64,000 bases of DNA from Chrysomallon squamiferum. Taxonomy: Eukaryota; Animalia; Mollusca. The notes beneath the pieces are model-generated. The model was not told where the DNA came from, searched no databases, and saw nothing but the letters and a program-made list of their open reading frames with translations. Position numbers and translations under genes: made by a program. This document shows positions 45,301 through 64,000 of the stretch, piece by piece (the first letter of the stretch is position 1; each line of letters begins with the position of its first letter). The stretch covers positions 9,114,001 to 9,178,000 of the forward strand of contig CM022675.1 in assembly GCA_012295275.1 (NCBI GenBank), written 5' to 3'.

Positions 45301-45540
45301 GTTCTAATTCATGATGACTTTGTTGAATACTGACCCTTCAGAGATAGGAATATCTTAGACAAACACGTTTAACATGAGTACAAAAATATGTTTACGTTGC
45401 ACGCATATTCTTATCGTTTACAGGTGTCTCGGTGCTTCTTAAAGAAAGGACGTTGATATATTTGAAAATGTATTGTTGAGCAAATGAACCTGATGGTAAT
45501 TAAATGACAAAAAAAAAAAAAAAAATAATAATAATAATAA

Positions 45541-45575
<35 letters not shown>

Positions 45576-46073
45576 ATATAATAAAATAAATAAATAATAT
45601 AAAATAAAATAAATATAATAAATAATAAATTAATAAATAAATAAATACATAAATAAATAATAATAATAATAATAAACAACTCAAAACAAAAAAAATAAGT
45701 AAATAATTGTATATTTTCCTATTTGATAAAAGTTTTTTTGCTCTTTTCTAATTTTTGTAATCAATTTTGACATTAATATTATTAACTGTCGTTATTTTAT
45801 TGCATTTTATTTTATTTATGTTTACTTATTTTGTTTATCTAAACTTTAAAAAAAAAAATTCCCATATACGACATGACGTAATGAACAAACGAGATGAGTA
45901 TTATTACTGTTGTTATTGTTGTTGTTATTAAAATACTATTATTATTTTGCATATGAATATAGAGTTTATCCATAATAGTTATCTTATTGAGTTCAAGAGC
46001 AGAGTGAACGGAGATGTGATCTTCAAATACAACCAAGGTCAAATTTAGACATATTAGTCACAAGAACACCGAG

Positions 46074-46148
<75 letters not shown>

Positions 46149-46977
46149 ACTTAATTCAGTATTTCATTGTGTGTGGAGTTTGCATACATATGGTGTGTGT
46201 CTAAGCTATTTCAAAATTTGATTTTATTTGTGTCCGTGTATGTTATATTTATATAGAAATGCAAAAAATAACAACAACAATAACAATAAAAATAATAAAT
46301 AAATAAATTCATTATATATTTAGTCATTTGAAGATGATAAAAAATTCATATGTGAAGAAAGAATAGTCCGTAACTCGTTTTATAAAACAGAAGTTAAAAG
46401 TTCTTTAAAAATATAAACTGCCCTACTTTTAACAAAGATTGTGTACTTGACAAACTTCACGAGGAGTTTGGTAAATAAAAAAATGTTATCTAAGACCACC
46501 TGTGACTGATAAGAAATAACAAAATCGTCTTATTTGGATGATCTCCTGAATATATCGGTTAATCCATTTTATGTGACGCAGTTTTGTTTTTAAAATAATT
46601 TTTTCATTTTTATTGATTCATTTCTCAAGCTTCAGAATTTTATTTTATTTTATTTTATTTTATTTTTTCTTTTGTTTCGTTTCATTTTTGTTTAATTATG
46701 CTGAATAGTCAGATTTTACTCTAGTGTTACGAAATTGAAGTCAGCATTTTTTTGTGGTTGGGGCGACCTGTAAGGAATCACTGAAGAGTTTTACAAAGTT
46801 ATGAATATTAATTAGACGTATTAAAATGTAAGATCTTTAGTCACATCTTGAGGTGACATAATATTATGGTAAATTCTATATATTTAAAAAAAAATTAAAT
46901 CGGACGTAATTTTCATTGTCACTAGCAAATATTACAATACTTTGAAGTTTAGCATTCAGTCGTCAGTAATCAATTAG

Positions 46978-47064
<87 letters not shown>

Positions 47065-47537
47065 AATACACTAATATACACTCACGCATACACACATTTT
47101 GTTCATTCGTCCGTAAATTTCTATTTCTCTCTCTCTTTCTCTCTCCATCCGTCTCTCTGCTTGTCTGTCCACCCGTACTGACATTTAATCCAGCTTAATA
47201 ACAAATAATAATATTTATATCCTGATCGAGTTAGAGGAAATTCACATTATCTCCCTTTGCTCATCTTTGGCAAGTTGAAAGGTGACTCAGCCTGTTCTAA
47301 ACATTTTGTTCTCCTATAAATAATATAAATACATTTGTTCCATGACTTAAATAAGTAAATAAATAAATAAATAAATAAATCCAAATGCAAAACCAACCAA
47401 ACAACAGCAGTAGCAACAGCAACATCATTAATAAAAATAATAGTAACAACAACAACAACAGTGACATCATCATGCAGCAGCAGCAACAGTAATAACAGTA
47501 ACTACAATAGATGTCTCAAAAAAGCAACAAAATTAAG

Positions 47538-47628
<91 letters not shown>

Positions 47629-47863
47629 AAGAACAATAACAAAAATATATGTTCATTGACTTTTTATTGACGTTATTCAAAAGAAAGAAAAGCAACAGGT
47701 CTTCTATTTTCTGATTACTAGAGTCAACCACTTTTGTTTTTTTTTTTCCCAATCTAACCGAAGTTTACAGCAGGCGTAGCATCACCTTTCCTTGATTACT
47801 GACCGTTTTAAAAGAATATATGCACTCCATAGTTATCGATTGCTTTTGTTGTTAATAATATGT

Positions 47864-48004
<141 letters not shown>

Positions 48005-48047
48005 AAACACTGATGATACGAAAACTAATTTAGCCACAGCATACACT

Positions 48048-48600
48048 TCAACATGGCGATGCATCCTGGAACAGGTGATACACATTTACCATGACGTAAG
48101 CAATGATTCCTCCAATCACACTTCCCGTCTGGATAGACACGCCCATCCAGATCATACTTTTTCTACCTCCTGGGCGAAGAATTCCTGCAATGGCCACTTC
48201 GCTGTATGTCCAGATTAACATGAGAATCACACATAGTACCATCTGAAAATAAAATTATTAAAAGCACAAAAATTCTGGAAAGACTGGTCCGAAAACATAA
48301 CTATGAATGAATTCATTTGTCTAGCTAACTCTCTGTCTGCCTGCCTGTTTATGTGTTTTGGTTATTTATGTTTCTTATTTATTTTTCTTATTATATGGTT
48401 TAGTTATTATTGTTATTATTATGTTGTTTGTTGTTTTTGTAATTGTTGTTGTCGTTGTTGTGTTGTTGTTGTTATACTGCTAAAATATATTTGTTGTTGT
48501 TTGATAAAAAAAAAAAAAGAAATCGACATAAACAACATTCTGGTACAGTTACTACTGCAACTACTGCTCCTACTGCTACTACTATTACTACTACTATTAT

Positions 48601-48633
<33 letters not shown>

Positions 48634-49915
48634 AACGTTTACCAATAAGGGAGGTCCAGCTTCGTGGTCCACTAGAGGAGGATTAGGGCTCATGGCGGCC
48701 ATGTAGAAGAAGTATGCCGAGAGACCAGTATAGAGACCAGTAAGAACGGTCACGCCCACAATGGAGTACATGGGAAGGAAGAGACAGACGAGACATCCAA
48801 CTGGAAGAGCCACGGTCCCCAGAGTGTTGGAGAGATGATAAACCTTCAGACCGAACGGTAAGGAGAAATATGGCTGAATGGAAATGGTAACCGTAAAGAG
48901 AATTCCTTTCCAGCAGGTCTGAACCAGCAAGAAAATCAGAGTCTGAATCGAGACGGGTTTCCTTTCGTTCTTGGCAAATTCTTCTTCGAGGTCGGTCTTT
49001 GTCGTTGGTGCAGTTTTAGAGCAGACGTCGTTGATTTTTCTGTTAGCGACCTTTCTGTCAGGACAGTTTTGCAATATTCTGAATGCGATGGCTTCGATCT
49101 TTCATTCCTGCTTTGTCGATTGCTGTTTTTTCGAGACTGTAAGAACTCGCTCTCTTTTCGTTAGTGATTGAATTGCTGTAAGCACTCTTGCAAATATTGC
49201 ACTTTGGAAAGCATATGATCAGAATGAAGGACCAGAGGGAAAGCATTAAGAACCACGCCAGAATAAGGAAGAAATACTTAACTGCAAAGACCGGAGGTGC
49301 AAATATACCAACGTCTCTGAACACTGTAACATTTTTCAAAGTGCCGTTCACCATCTTGGAAGCGTCGAAGCCGACGCTGACGCAGTTGATGTTGCCAGCT
49401 CCTTGTCCGAAAGCGACCAGAGCTGGTAGCAAAGAACTCAGACCCTCCCCGACGAAATACGAAGGCAAATATTCCGGTTTCAGCATCGCCATGAACGACA
49501 GAAACGCCAACGATGACGTCGTGTCGACGAACGCCAGCATGAACGACAACCCAAACAGAGCCGTGGAGTGTTCCGTTCCACCCAAAACGCTCGTTTTGTC
49601 CCAGAAGAACGACAGCAACAAGCAGGCAATGATGCCAATAATGATGATTAAACACGAGGTGGGCTGCTCCACGTGTTTCCTAGGAAACATGCACACGCAC
49701 ACAGCGAATATTATCGGTCCAAGGTTAGCTGCCTGCTGGATGAGGACAACGTAGCTGGACAGCGTCCATTTCTCTGGCAGGGTGGTGACAAAGATGGGCA
49801 GCTGGAGCCAGAGTCCACTCATATCCACCCATGACGCAATTCCTATAAAGCAAGCGAGGATGTGCATGACAATATACGTGTCTGAGATGTTCTGACAGAT
49901 TTTGTTTTTAAACAT
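48048..49915 (-). CDS. SLC52 riboflavin transporter family member, ~488 aa if the +1 frame break at ~49058-49101 is bridged
   Basis: Coding exons 48643-49915 and 48048-48242 (donor TTG|GTAAAC, acceptor TTTCAG). Motifs GIASWVD..GLW.QLP...LPEKWTLSSY, ANLGP, VDTTSSLAFLSFM, YFVGEGLSSLLPALVA..QGAG, SLPFG..VYHLS, MAAMSPNPPL and Q.GSVIGG....VMVNVYHLF. Good Kozak context GCCATG with an upstream in-frame stop. 5'UTR acceptor at 50101, probable upstream donor at ~52703. Confidence 0.88.
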
Positions 49916-50209
49916 GGCGACATCTATGAGTGCAGATGTTTAATTAGTTACTGGGTGTGCTGTCGCTGCCGTTGTTGTTGTTGTTGTTTGAGCTGTTATT
50001 TTATTATTATTATTTTTTATTTTTTTTGGTGACTGATATCTCTCTGCTGATTGTGTGCAGTCGTGTTCTCTTGACTAAAGTTGTGACAGTCGCTCATAAC
50101 CTAAAAAAACAAAACAACAACAAAAAACAACGTTAAAATATAATATAGCATTTACAGATGTTATTCCTTTTCAGGATCATATGATGCTGATATATAAAAT
50201 TAGCATGCG

Positions 50210-50323
<114 letters not shown>

Positions 50324-50511
50324 CTCTCTCTGTTATGCATATTTTAAGACAAAAGCTTAGATATTTCCAAAACCTTTTGAAAAATAGCATTTCACATCCA
50401 GACTATTAAAATTGATATAGTTATTTTCATACAGCAAACGGCTAATACATTTATTTATAATAATAATGATGATGATGATGATGATAATAATAATAATAAT
50501 AATAATAGTAA

Positions 50512-50558
<47 letters not shown>

Positions 50559-51307
50559 ATGCATTAATAATTATTGATCATTAAAGCAGTTACTGTGTTA
50601 TCAAGTATTGCAGAATTAAAAATAATAACAATAACAAAAATAATAAATAAATAAATAAATATTGATCGGTAAAACAATATGCTACAAGTATCATCACTAT
50701 GTTATCGGTATATGAAATATGTTACAGGTGCAAAAAAAAAAAAAAAAAAAAGTAAAATAAATAAATGCATTTTTACGAATCAATAGGTATGATTCAGATA
50801 TGCAACAATAGATAAGCAGGTCTGAATAAAGGATGTTTGTGGACACCTGAATACACGTAAGAATATTCACCGCTGTGACATTAAACTATTTTCATAATCA
50901 CGTATTGATTAACATATTCGTTCTGAATGCATAGGCCCATACCTGTAAATGTGCGCTGTAGATGATAAAAAAATGTAAAAAAATTAAAAAAAACAACAAC
51001 AACAGTTGAACAAATCCTAATTTACTTATTCATTTATTTTAATTTTTTAATTTATTAATTTAACTTTATTAATTTAAATTTATTAATTTAAATTTATAAT
51101 GTAAATTTATTAATTTTAATATATTAATTTATTAATTTAGATTTAACTTATTTATTTATACATACATACATACATATCTTTAGTATTTTTATATTAATTT
51201 ATTTTTATTACCGTTACTATTACTGCTTGATATTTCAGTTGTTATTATATTTTTGTTTTTGTAGATGTTGTTGTACACGTTGCTATATGAAGATATAATA
51301 AAATATA

Positions 51308-51398
<91 letters not shown>

Positions 51399-51997
51399 AT
51401 GTCTGTTTAAAACAGTTCTAATCAGTTTGCTATTTTGGTTCGCAAACTCTGGTTAACAATAATAAATAATGGACAAAGCTTACGTTTTTGAAAAAAATTT
51501 ACTTTTGTTGTTGGGAAAATAATGGTTTTCTTTGTGTTTATGATACGACCTTTTGAACTGTTCCTAACAGCCTCGATATCGCATTTGTAAAGATTCAGTA
51601 ATATTACAAGGTCGGACAATTTCTATCTAGAAGGACCCAATAAGCATGAATGATTTTTATTCACTTTTTATCTCCATTTTTTTTATTGTTATTGATGCAG
51701 AATTTATCTTTTTTATTTTTTATTTATTTGTTAACCTTTTTGGATTGTATTTGTTATTGATTTATTTGTTTATCTTTTAATTTATTTATTTAATGATTTT
51801 TTTTTTTAAATGTTTTCAATTATTTGTTTATCTTTTTATATTTATTCGTTTGTATTTTGGTTTTGATGATGATGACGATGGTGATGATGATGATAATGAT
51901 AATAATAATAATAAAACACTTGTTTTTACTTGTAATGAACGGTAGATGGTTGCGGTTTTTTCTTTCTGTTCTTTTCCCTTGGTAACGATAGAAGCAG

Positions 51998-52094
<97 letters not shown>

Positions 52095-52272
52095 ATATAT
52101 CTGATTTTATAGAATTGTTCTGATATACTTTGGTATACCTTGCTGCTACTACTGTTACTGCTATTATTATTCCTGCTACTACTACTACTATTACTATTAT
52201 TACTGCTACTACTACAACTACTACCACTGCTGCTACTGCTTTTGCTCTTGTTTATAATAATAATAATAATAG

Positions 52273-52372
52273 TGCACGATTTATCAGTTTGGATGATTAA
52301 CAATCCGATTTTGAGTATTTTAGCGACTAAGTTTATCAGAAATAGATAAAAATAAATACATAAATAAATAAA

Positions 52373-52433
<61 letters not shown>

Positions 52434-52650
52434 TAAATAAAACAATTAGTTAAAAACAAATAGACAGACAGAAGGACGAACAAAGAACAAAAAATATATA
52501 TAAATAAAGTTATTTTCATAATTTATTGTTATTATTATTAATTAATTAATTTATTTATTTATGTATTTATTTTTATCTATTTCTGAAAAATCTAGTCGCT
52601 AAAATACTCAAAAATCGCATTCTCGATAACCCAAACTGAGAAACCATGCA
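52273..52650. mobile_element. Foldback/MITE-like element with ~100-bp imperfect terminal inverted repeats
   Basis: Left arm ...CGATTTTGAGTATTTTAGCGACTAAGTTTATCAGAAATAGATAAAAATAAATACATAAAT is the reverse complement of the right arm ATTTATGTATTTATTTTTATCTATTTCTGAAAAATCTAGTCGCTAAAATACTCAAAAATCG. The spacer is AT-rich. Confidence 0.75.
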
Positions 52651-54274
52651 TGACTTATAAATGTTGCAATCTTATCTACTACGTTTTTAAAAGTACTACT
52701 TACCTTCCACGTTTAGTAGACGACATTATTAAACCCAGACGTGATGTCAAAAGCAGACGACAAATGTCATAAACAACCGTCTGTTCAAGATATCGAGATT
52801 TCTTACAGTTAGCAGTTTTTTTTTTAAAAGGAACAATTGAAGCGTGAAAAATATTACAGGTAATAAAAGTTTTACTCTCTGACATGCGTATTTCCTTTCT
52901 TTTCTTTGCTCGATTTTTATTTTTATTTTTATTATTTTTTTATTAAAGTACTATCGGTAATCTTTAACTGTAAGTTATCAAGGGCAGATCTTTTTTCTTT
53001 TCAAACAGACAGCTTAGGTCTGTTTTCATGAAAATTACTTTAATGTAGTTTTATTTTTATTTTTATTGCTGTTTTTGTTTAATTAGTATTATTTTAAGGT
53101 CATTTTTATATAATTTATTATTAACCGTTCCTATGTGACCAGAATATCTTTGTTTTTGGGGGATTTGGGGCTTTTGTTCTCGTTATTGTTATTCTTTAGG
53201 ACAGGACTCATTTATTTATTTATTATATATATATTTTTTTAATTATTTTTTTTTATATTAATTTTTTAATAATAACAATAAAATTATAAAGTTAAAACAA
53301 ATTTTAAATTCTAAAAATAAATATACTCCCACCGCCAAACTAAACCTGTTCCTATACACAGAATTTTAATTTAATTTAATTTTATTTTTATACATGAAAT
53401 TCTGTTAACGAGGAAAACACATACCATGGACTTTAATAAATTACATGTGCGACAATGAGTGGAACGGGAAATGTTTTGCGCACCGATGTAGACTAACCGC
53501 AAACAGTCAAACTGCCCAATTTAAAAATAAAAAAACAAAATTTTAAAAGAAAAGGTAAGATCATTAATGGGGTTTGATCCTGTGGTGTTTTATTCGTCAG
53601 CCGGGTGAGCCTTTTCACAACGTACCCAAAACAGATTCCCCATGTCAGTCAGTTCAACTGAACCGGTTACGCTTTAACGTCACGGTTTTTTAACGTTTCA
53701 CTCGCTGAATAGAAAACATTTTTTTTTTTTTTTAAATTCTATTTTTAGAAGTATTTTGAATACGCTGCAGAAAAACATTCAATTTGCAAGACATTGCTTT
53801 AAAGCCAGAGATTTTGCTTTGAAAAAAAATAATTAAAAAAAAAAAAAATAAAAATAAAATCAAAACAAGAGACGTTTATTCAAGACTCTTTTCAAAGAAC
53901 ATAACAAAATGAAGATAGCGAGAGAAACCTACTTTGTTGACACACCGTGTATGTAAAGCTGGAAGAATAAATATGTAAAAGCTGTTTTGCAAACTGCGAA
54001 GGCCAAGTTGAAGAGTTGTAGGTTAAAATTAGTAAATAAGGTCAAGGACAAAAATAGGAAATTGACTACTGAGGTCAACTGTAAGGGAGGCTTGTGACAC
54101 GGAACAAGGGTGTCATGGGAAATGGGCTTTATATGACCATCATGTGTTGACGTTTGTGTGTATAGGTATGCACCTGAGTACGAACGTACAAATGTAAAAT
54201 ATATTAATATATATGTGTGTGTATGTGTGTTTATATATGTATGTATAATGAGTGTGTGTGAATATGTGTGTGTG

Positions 54275-54321
<47 letters not shown>

Positions 54322-55296
54322 AAATAAGCAGAACCGGTCCTTCCATTATATCAACATGACAGGCAGCTAGGGCGCAGTCCTGTGAGAGGTTCATTATTGA
54401 CTTTTTAATGGTCACACCTCTATACAAAGTATTGTTTTAAGTTCATTTGCCCCAAAATGCGGGATATCAGGGCCACTTGCCTATCAGTGAAAATCGTGCC
54501 TTTAATATGGGGATACTGTCTGCGTATTGAGATACTTACTCTTGCAGTTTAAAATAAATTTAGCAGTTTCAAGTCTTATACTTTTTTTTTTTTTTCTACA
54601 AAACGTTTTTAAAACTCAAAATTTGCCATTTTATTTTTGAGGGGGAGGGTAGAGTCTGGTCTGGCCCTGACAATACATTGTACTTTGGTTTGAATAAGAT
54701 CACACCCGGATAAAGGGGTAAAGCAAACAGTTAAAGTGATGCAAACTCACGTGTACGTGACCGTCCTCGTAAATAAGATGCTAAAGGGACTGGCAAGTTT
54801 ATAGTCCAGCGTCTGGGTACAAATTCGAAAACCTGACTTTGAAAAAAGTCGCTAACAATACCCTTGCAATAATGATAATGATGGTGTGATGATCTTAATA
54901 ATAATAACAACAACAACAATAAATAAATAAATATTAACGATGACGATGATGATAATAAATACACAATCAAACAAACAAATAAATAAAAATACATATTTTT
55001 CATGTGAATGTACACTCTGAAATGTGTAGATTTACAAACAGTTCATTTGCATATATTGGAAAAAATAAAGCATGCAGAAATATTAATGTGTATTGGTATC
55101 CATGAGTACTTATGCCTGATTTATGTAAAATCTGTGCTAATTTATTCAGTAATAATAATAATAATAACAGTAACAACAACAACAATAATAATAAAGAATT
55201 TATATACTTTATGATTAAATTTAATATAATCGCACGACTTAATACACTTGCAGAAACAAAACCAAACAAAGCAAAATATAAACATGGTTAGTGTGG

Positions 55297-55331
<35 letters not shown>

Positions 55332-55439
55332 TGTTTGTGTTTGTGTGTGTGTAGGTCCCTGTGTGTGTGTATGTCTCTGTGTTTGTGTTTGTATATGCAT
55401 ATATGTATTTAGGACTGTATATTCTCTGTCTTATGATTA

Positions 55440-55609
55440 GATTCTACACATAGACAATGTTCCGGAAAGCACAGGCACAGGAGTACAAAGTCCAGTCACG
55501 ACCTCGTAAATCCAGTTAATTGCCACTGACGAGACTCGAACGTATGGCACCCATTCGCTCGCACTCCGTAAGCGGACGACAACGATACCACTAAGCCAAC
55601 AATACAGCC
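55440..55609 (-). mobile_element. tRNA-derived SINE (Pol III head)
   Basis: Minus strand A box TGGCTTAGTGG (55588-55598) and B box GTTCGAGTC (55533-55541). It does not fold as a clean cloverleaf and is followed by a unique body. Confidence 0.6.
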
Positions 55610-55970
55610 TTATATAAATATTCACGTATGTGTGTGTGTGTATATATATGTATTTATGTATGTATGAATGTATAGGCCTATGCACGTACGTATGAATATA
55701 TGTTTGTATATAGAAATACGAAAACGTGAAGATCAGTGGCCAGTAACAGAAGATTTCATATTAAATCTGACCTTCCAGTATTATAATGCAGATCTCAAGA
55801 ACTGATAATTTCATGATACTCATCTAGAGTTTTAGGCATTCACAAACGATTATTTAAATCGTTTACTGTGTAGACAATACTGTGATTTTCCTCAGGACAT
55901 GGTTAATGGACAAACGGACATCATAAAGATAAACATAACGAGGTGTATGCACGCACGTACATTTACACAC

Positions 55971-56026
<56 letters not shown>

Positions 56027-57261
56027 AATAAATAAATAAATAAAATAATTAATAAAATACAGTAGCAGTAGTAAACAGTAAATTAGTATTTTTTAGTATT
56101 TATTTATTTATTTGTTAACTACTTGTATAGCTATTCTTTTTATTAGTATTAAAACATTATAGACGAAATATAATGTTTAATAAAAAAAAAAAAAAAAAAA
56201 AAAATGTGCTGATATCGAGCTGAGCTACGATTAAAACATAACCCCAAATTTGTGGAAACGTTCACTTTTTGAAACGCGGTACGTACACCATTTCCTTTCA
56301 AATAGATCCAATAATTACAGAACATAATATACATCGATACCGGGAACAGTCTAGAAAAACAGAACCCGGAATAACAACAGGTGCTGTTTCACGTGCTTGT
56401 CAGCTTCACTCAAATATTTCAAGGAATTGAAGTACGTGTAAATATTTATATTTCTTTGAATCAGTTTTGCATGCAAATGATTTGTGATTGTTAACAAGGT
56501 TTTATAATAATGAAAAATTAAGGTTTATGTGTCGAGCGGCGTTTTATTTTTTAAAGCAGTCGCCATGTTTGTTGTTATTTAGATAGTCGATTAGACCTAT
56601 TCTGCTAACGGTAGTTCATCATTATTACGAATATTTCTTTTTCTTAAATTATTATTTTTAATAATCCGTAAATAATAATAATAATAATAATAATATAATA
56701 ATAAATGATTTATTCGTTTAAATTTTTCTCATTTAATAGTTTAAAAACTTTAAATTTTAAATTATTTTAAATTATTGATGACAGAAATTGATTAAGGCGT
56801 TTGTTCGACAGCAATAAATAATATGTATTAATCATAATTTTATGCTCCAAATTGTAGATTTTTAGATTTTATCTTCCATGGCATCATATATATTATGATT
56901 ATTATTATTTATAGCTGACATATTTATCTCCCATTTGTTTGCATCTGTTGTATGTGGCGTTTTTGTTAAAATTAATGTCGAATCGCAAATTTACACATGG
57001 TTAATGTTTAAATGTACCATACATTATTTTTAATTATTTAATTTTCATTTATTGTCTAAATACGTTGAACAAAATTAAAAAAACAAAAACAAACCCAAAA
57101 CGCCAACAAATTCTTGTCATTATGTACGTACATAAACGTACGTATACATGGTTTTAAAAATATATATATATATATATATAAAAAATAATGATTTGCTTTA
57201 TATTAAGCAAGTTGTGTTGTTAATATTAATGACTTTACACTTAGTTGAAGTTTTGATATAA

Positions 57262-57383
<122 letters not shown>

Positions 57384-57410
57384 TTTTCCCCAGCAGAATA
57401 TTTTAACAAG

Positions 57411-62830
<5,420 letters not shown>

Positions 62831-63272
62831 CAGCTGTTACTATGGAAACGATCGTTTTGCAGTCTTCGTATTAATTCTCAGATGTTTTTATTTTTTTTAT
62901 ATTTGAAATTTTTTTTTTTTTAAAGTAAAACGAATGAGAACAAACACAAAGTTTTGTGGATCTTAACTGAAAATGGTTGACTAAGAAAATATTTTAGTTA
63001 CAAAATTGTATTTGATGTTATACTGAAGTTAAAAGGTAGGAAATTTATTTTGGGACTAAGACTAAGGAATGACACAATTAAATGTTGAAAACATAGAAAT
63101 AATAAAATCATTTAAGTTTTGGATAAAAAGTTATTAAATATTTAAACTATATTTCTAAATATAGATTCTGAAAAGAGTTGAAATAGTTTATTTTTTCAGA
63201 ATTAAAAGTGAATCTAAATTTTATTTTCAATACAATTTTCAATAAAAACTTAACCTTTTCAAAGATAATTTG

Positions 63273-63307
<35 letters not shown>

Positions 63308-63944
63308 TTCAGGGTAAAGAAATCCATATTTTTAAACCATAATATATATGTTTAAAAAACAGTTGAAATCAAATTTTGTTACTAGATCTCACTTTTGAAA
63401 TTTCAGTTTAAAAAATAAAACTGAATTTCATTTAATTGCAACTGATAACTATTTTCATATTGAATATTTATATTTTTAAGCATTATTAAAAAGTTCCAAG
63501 CAATAAAAACAAAAACCCAGTATTAATGCACTATATTCCCCTATTTATTACTTATTATAACTTCCATCCACTTGCTCTTTCACATTCTGCCATATATTGT
63601 TTCATAATATTCTCTATGTATATACAAGTACATTTATATTTTTATGTTGCTTTAGTTTTACAAAAAGTGATTTTATGTCTGAAAGTTTACATTTATCGTA
63701 CAGTTTTATTTTTCATTTTGTTGGGTATTTTCTAATGCCACTTTGTTTTCTGTGCAATAATTTGAAATTAGGATGTTTGTTTTTTAAATTTCTGGTTGTG
63801 ATTTTTTGTGTAGTCTTTTAGTATTTAGTAGGATTTATTTATTTTATTTTTTTTTTTTTTTTTTTTTACTTCTGTGAAAGTAGTGTATGAGATTATGATT
63901 AAGGATATTTGGATATATTATTGTTTTTGTTATTACAATTATTA

Positions 63945-64000
<56 letters not shown>

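Noticed and set aside
44662-45684. Long F/I/L/Y-rich ORFs, and the poly-ER, poly-N, poly-Y and poly-L ORFs elsewhere
   Set aside because: Translations of AT-rich microsatellites, not genes.
49188-49754. 188-aa plus-strand ORF and 125-aa alternate-frame ORF overlapping SLC52
   Set aside because: Shadow ORFs of a GC-richer coding exon, with no recognisable motifs or splice support.
53568-53630. Weak B-box-like GGATCAAACCCC on the minus strand (also ~4588-4600)
   Set aside because: Too degenerate to call as a SINE or tRNA by eye.
55533-55609. Possible tRNA gene
   Set aside because: A and B boxes are present, but no convincing acceptor or anticodon stems and no T-run terminator. Treated as a SINE head.

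Overview
AT-rich, microsatellite-dense eukaryotic (animal) genomic DNA with short GT-AG introns. It is probably a mollusc or other lophotrochozoan, judging from protein style and repeat types, but the species cannot be determined here. Seven protein-coding genes were assembled by hand from splice sites and reading frame: TIMELESS/timeout (-, 5' part, runs off the left edge), RBBP9 (-, intronless CDS, with two decayed tandem copies beside it), Enhancer of polycomb EPC1 (+, 14 exons, head-to-head with RBBP9), PDSS1 (+, 10 exons), cathepsin L (-, 7 coding exons), an SLC52 riboflavin transporter (-) and a Lifeguard/TMBIM protein (+, 10 coding exons). The window also holds LINE, SINE and MITE remnants and intronic minisatellites. 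The most intriguing signal is in the SLC52 CDS, which is split into two overlapping ORFs. The first ends at UCC-UGA and the second continues in the +1 frame, the same core signal as antizyme +1 ribosomal frameshifting. Two other single-base frame anomalies (TIMELESS, Lifeguard) suggest assembly indel errors exist in this window, so an error or a pseudogene remains a serious alternative. A second recurrent pattern is tandem duplications built from exon-end/splice-site sequence. Protein identifications rest on remembered family motifs, not database searches.
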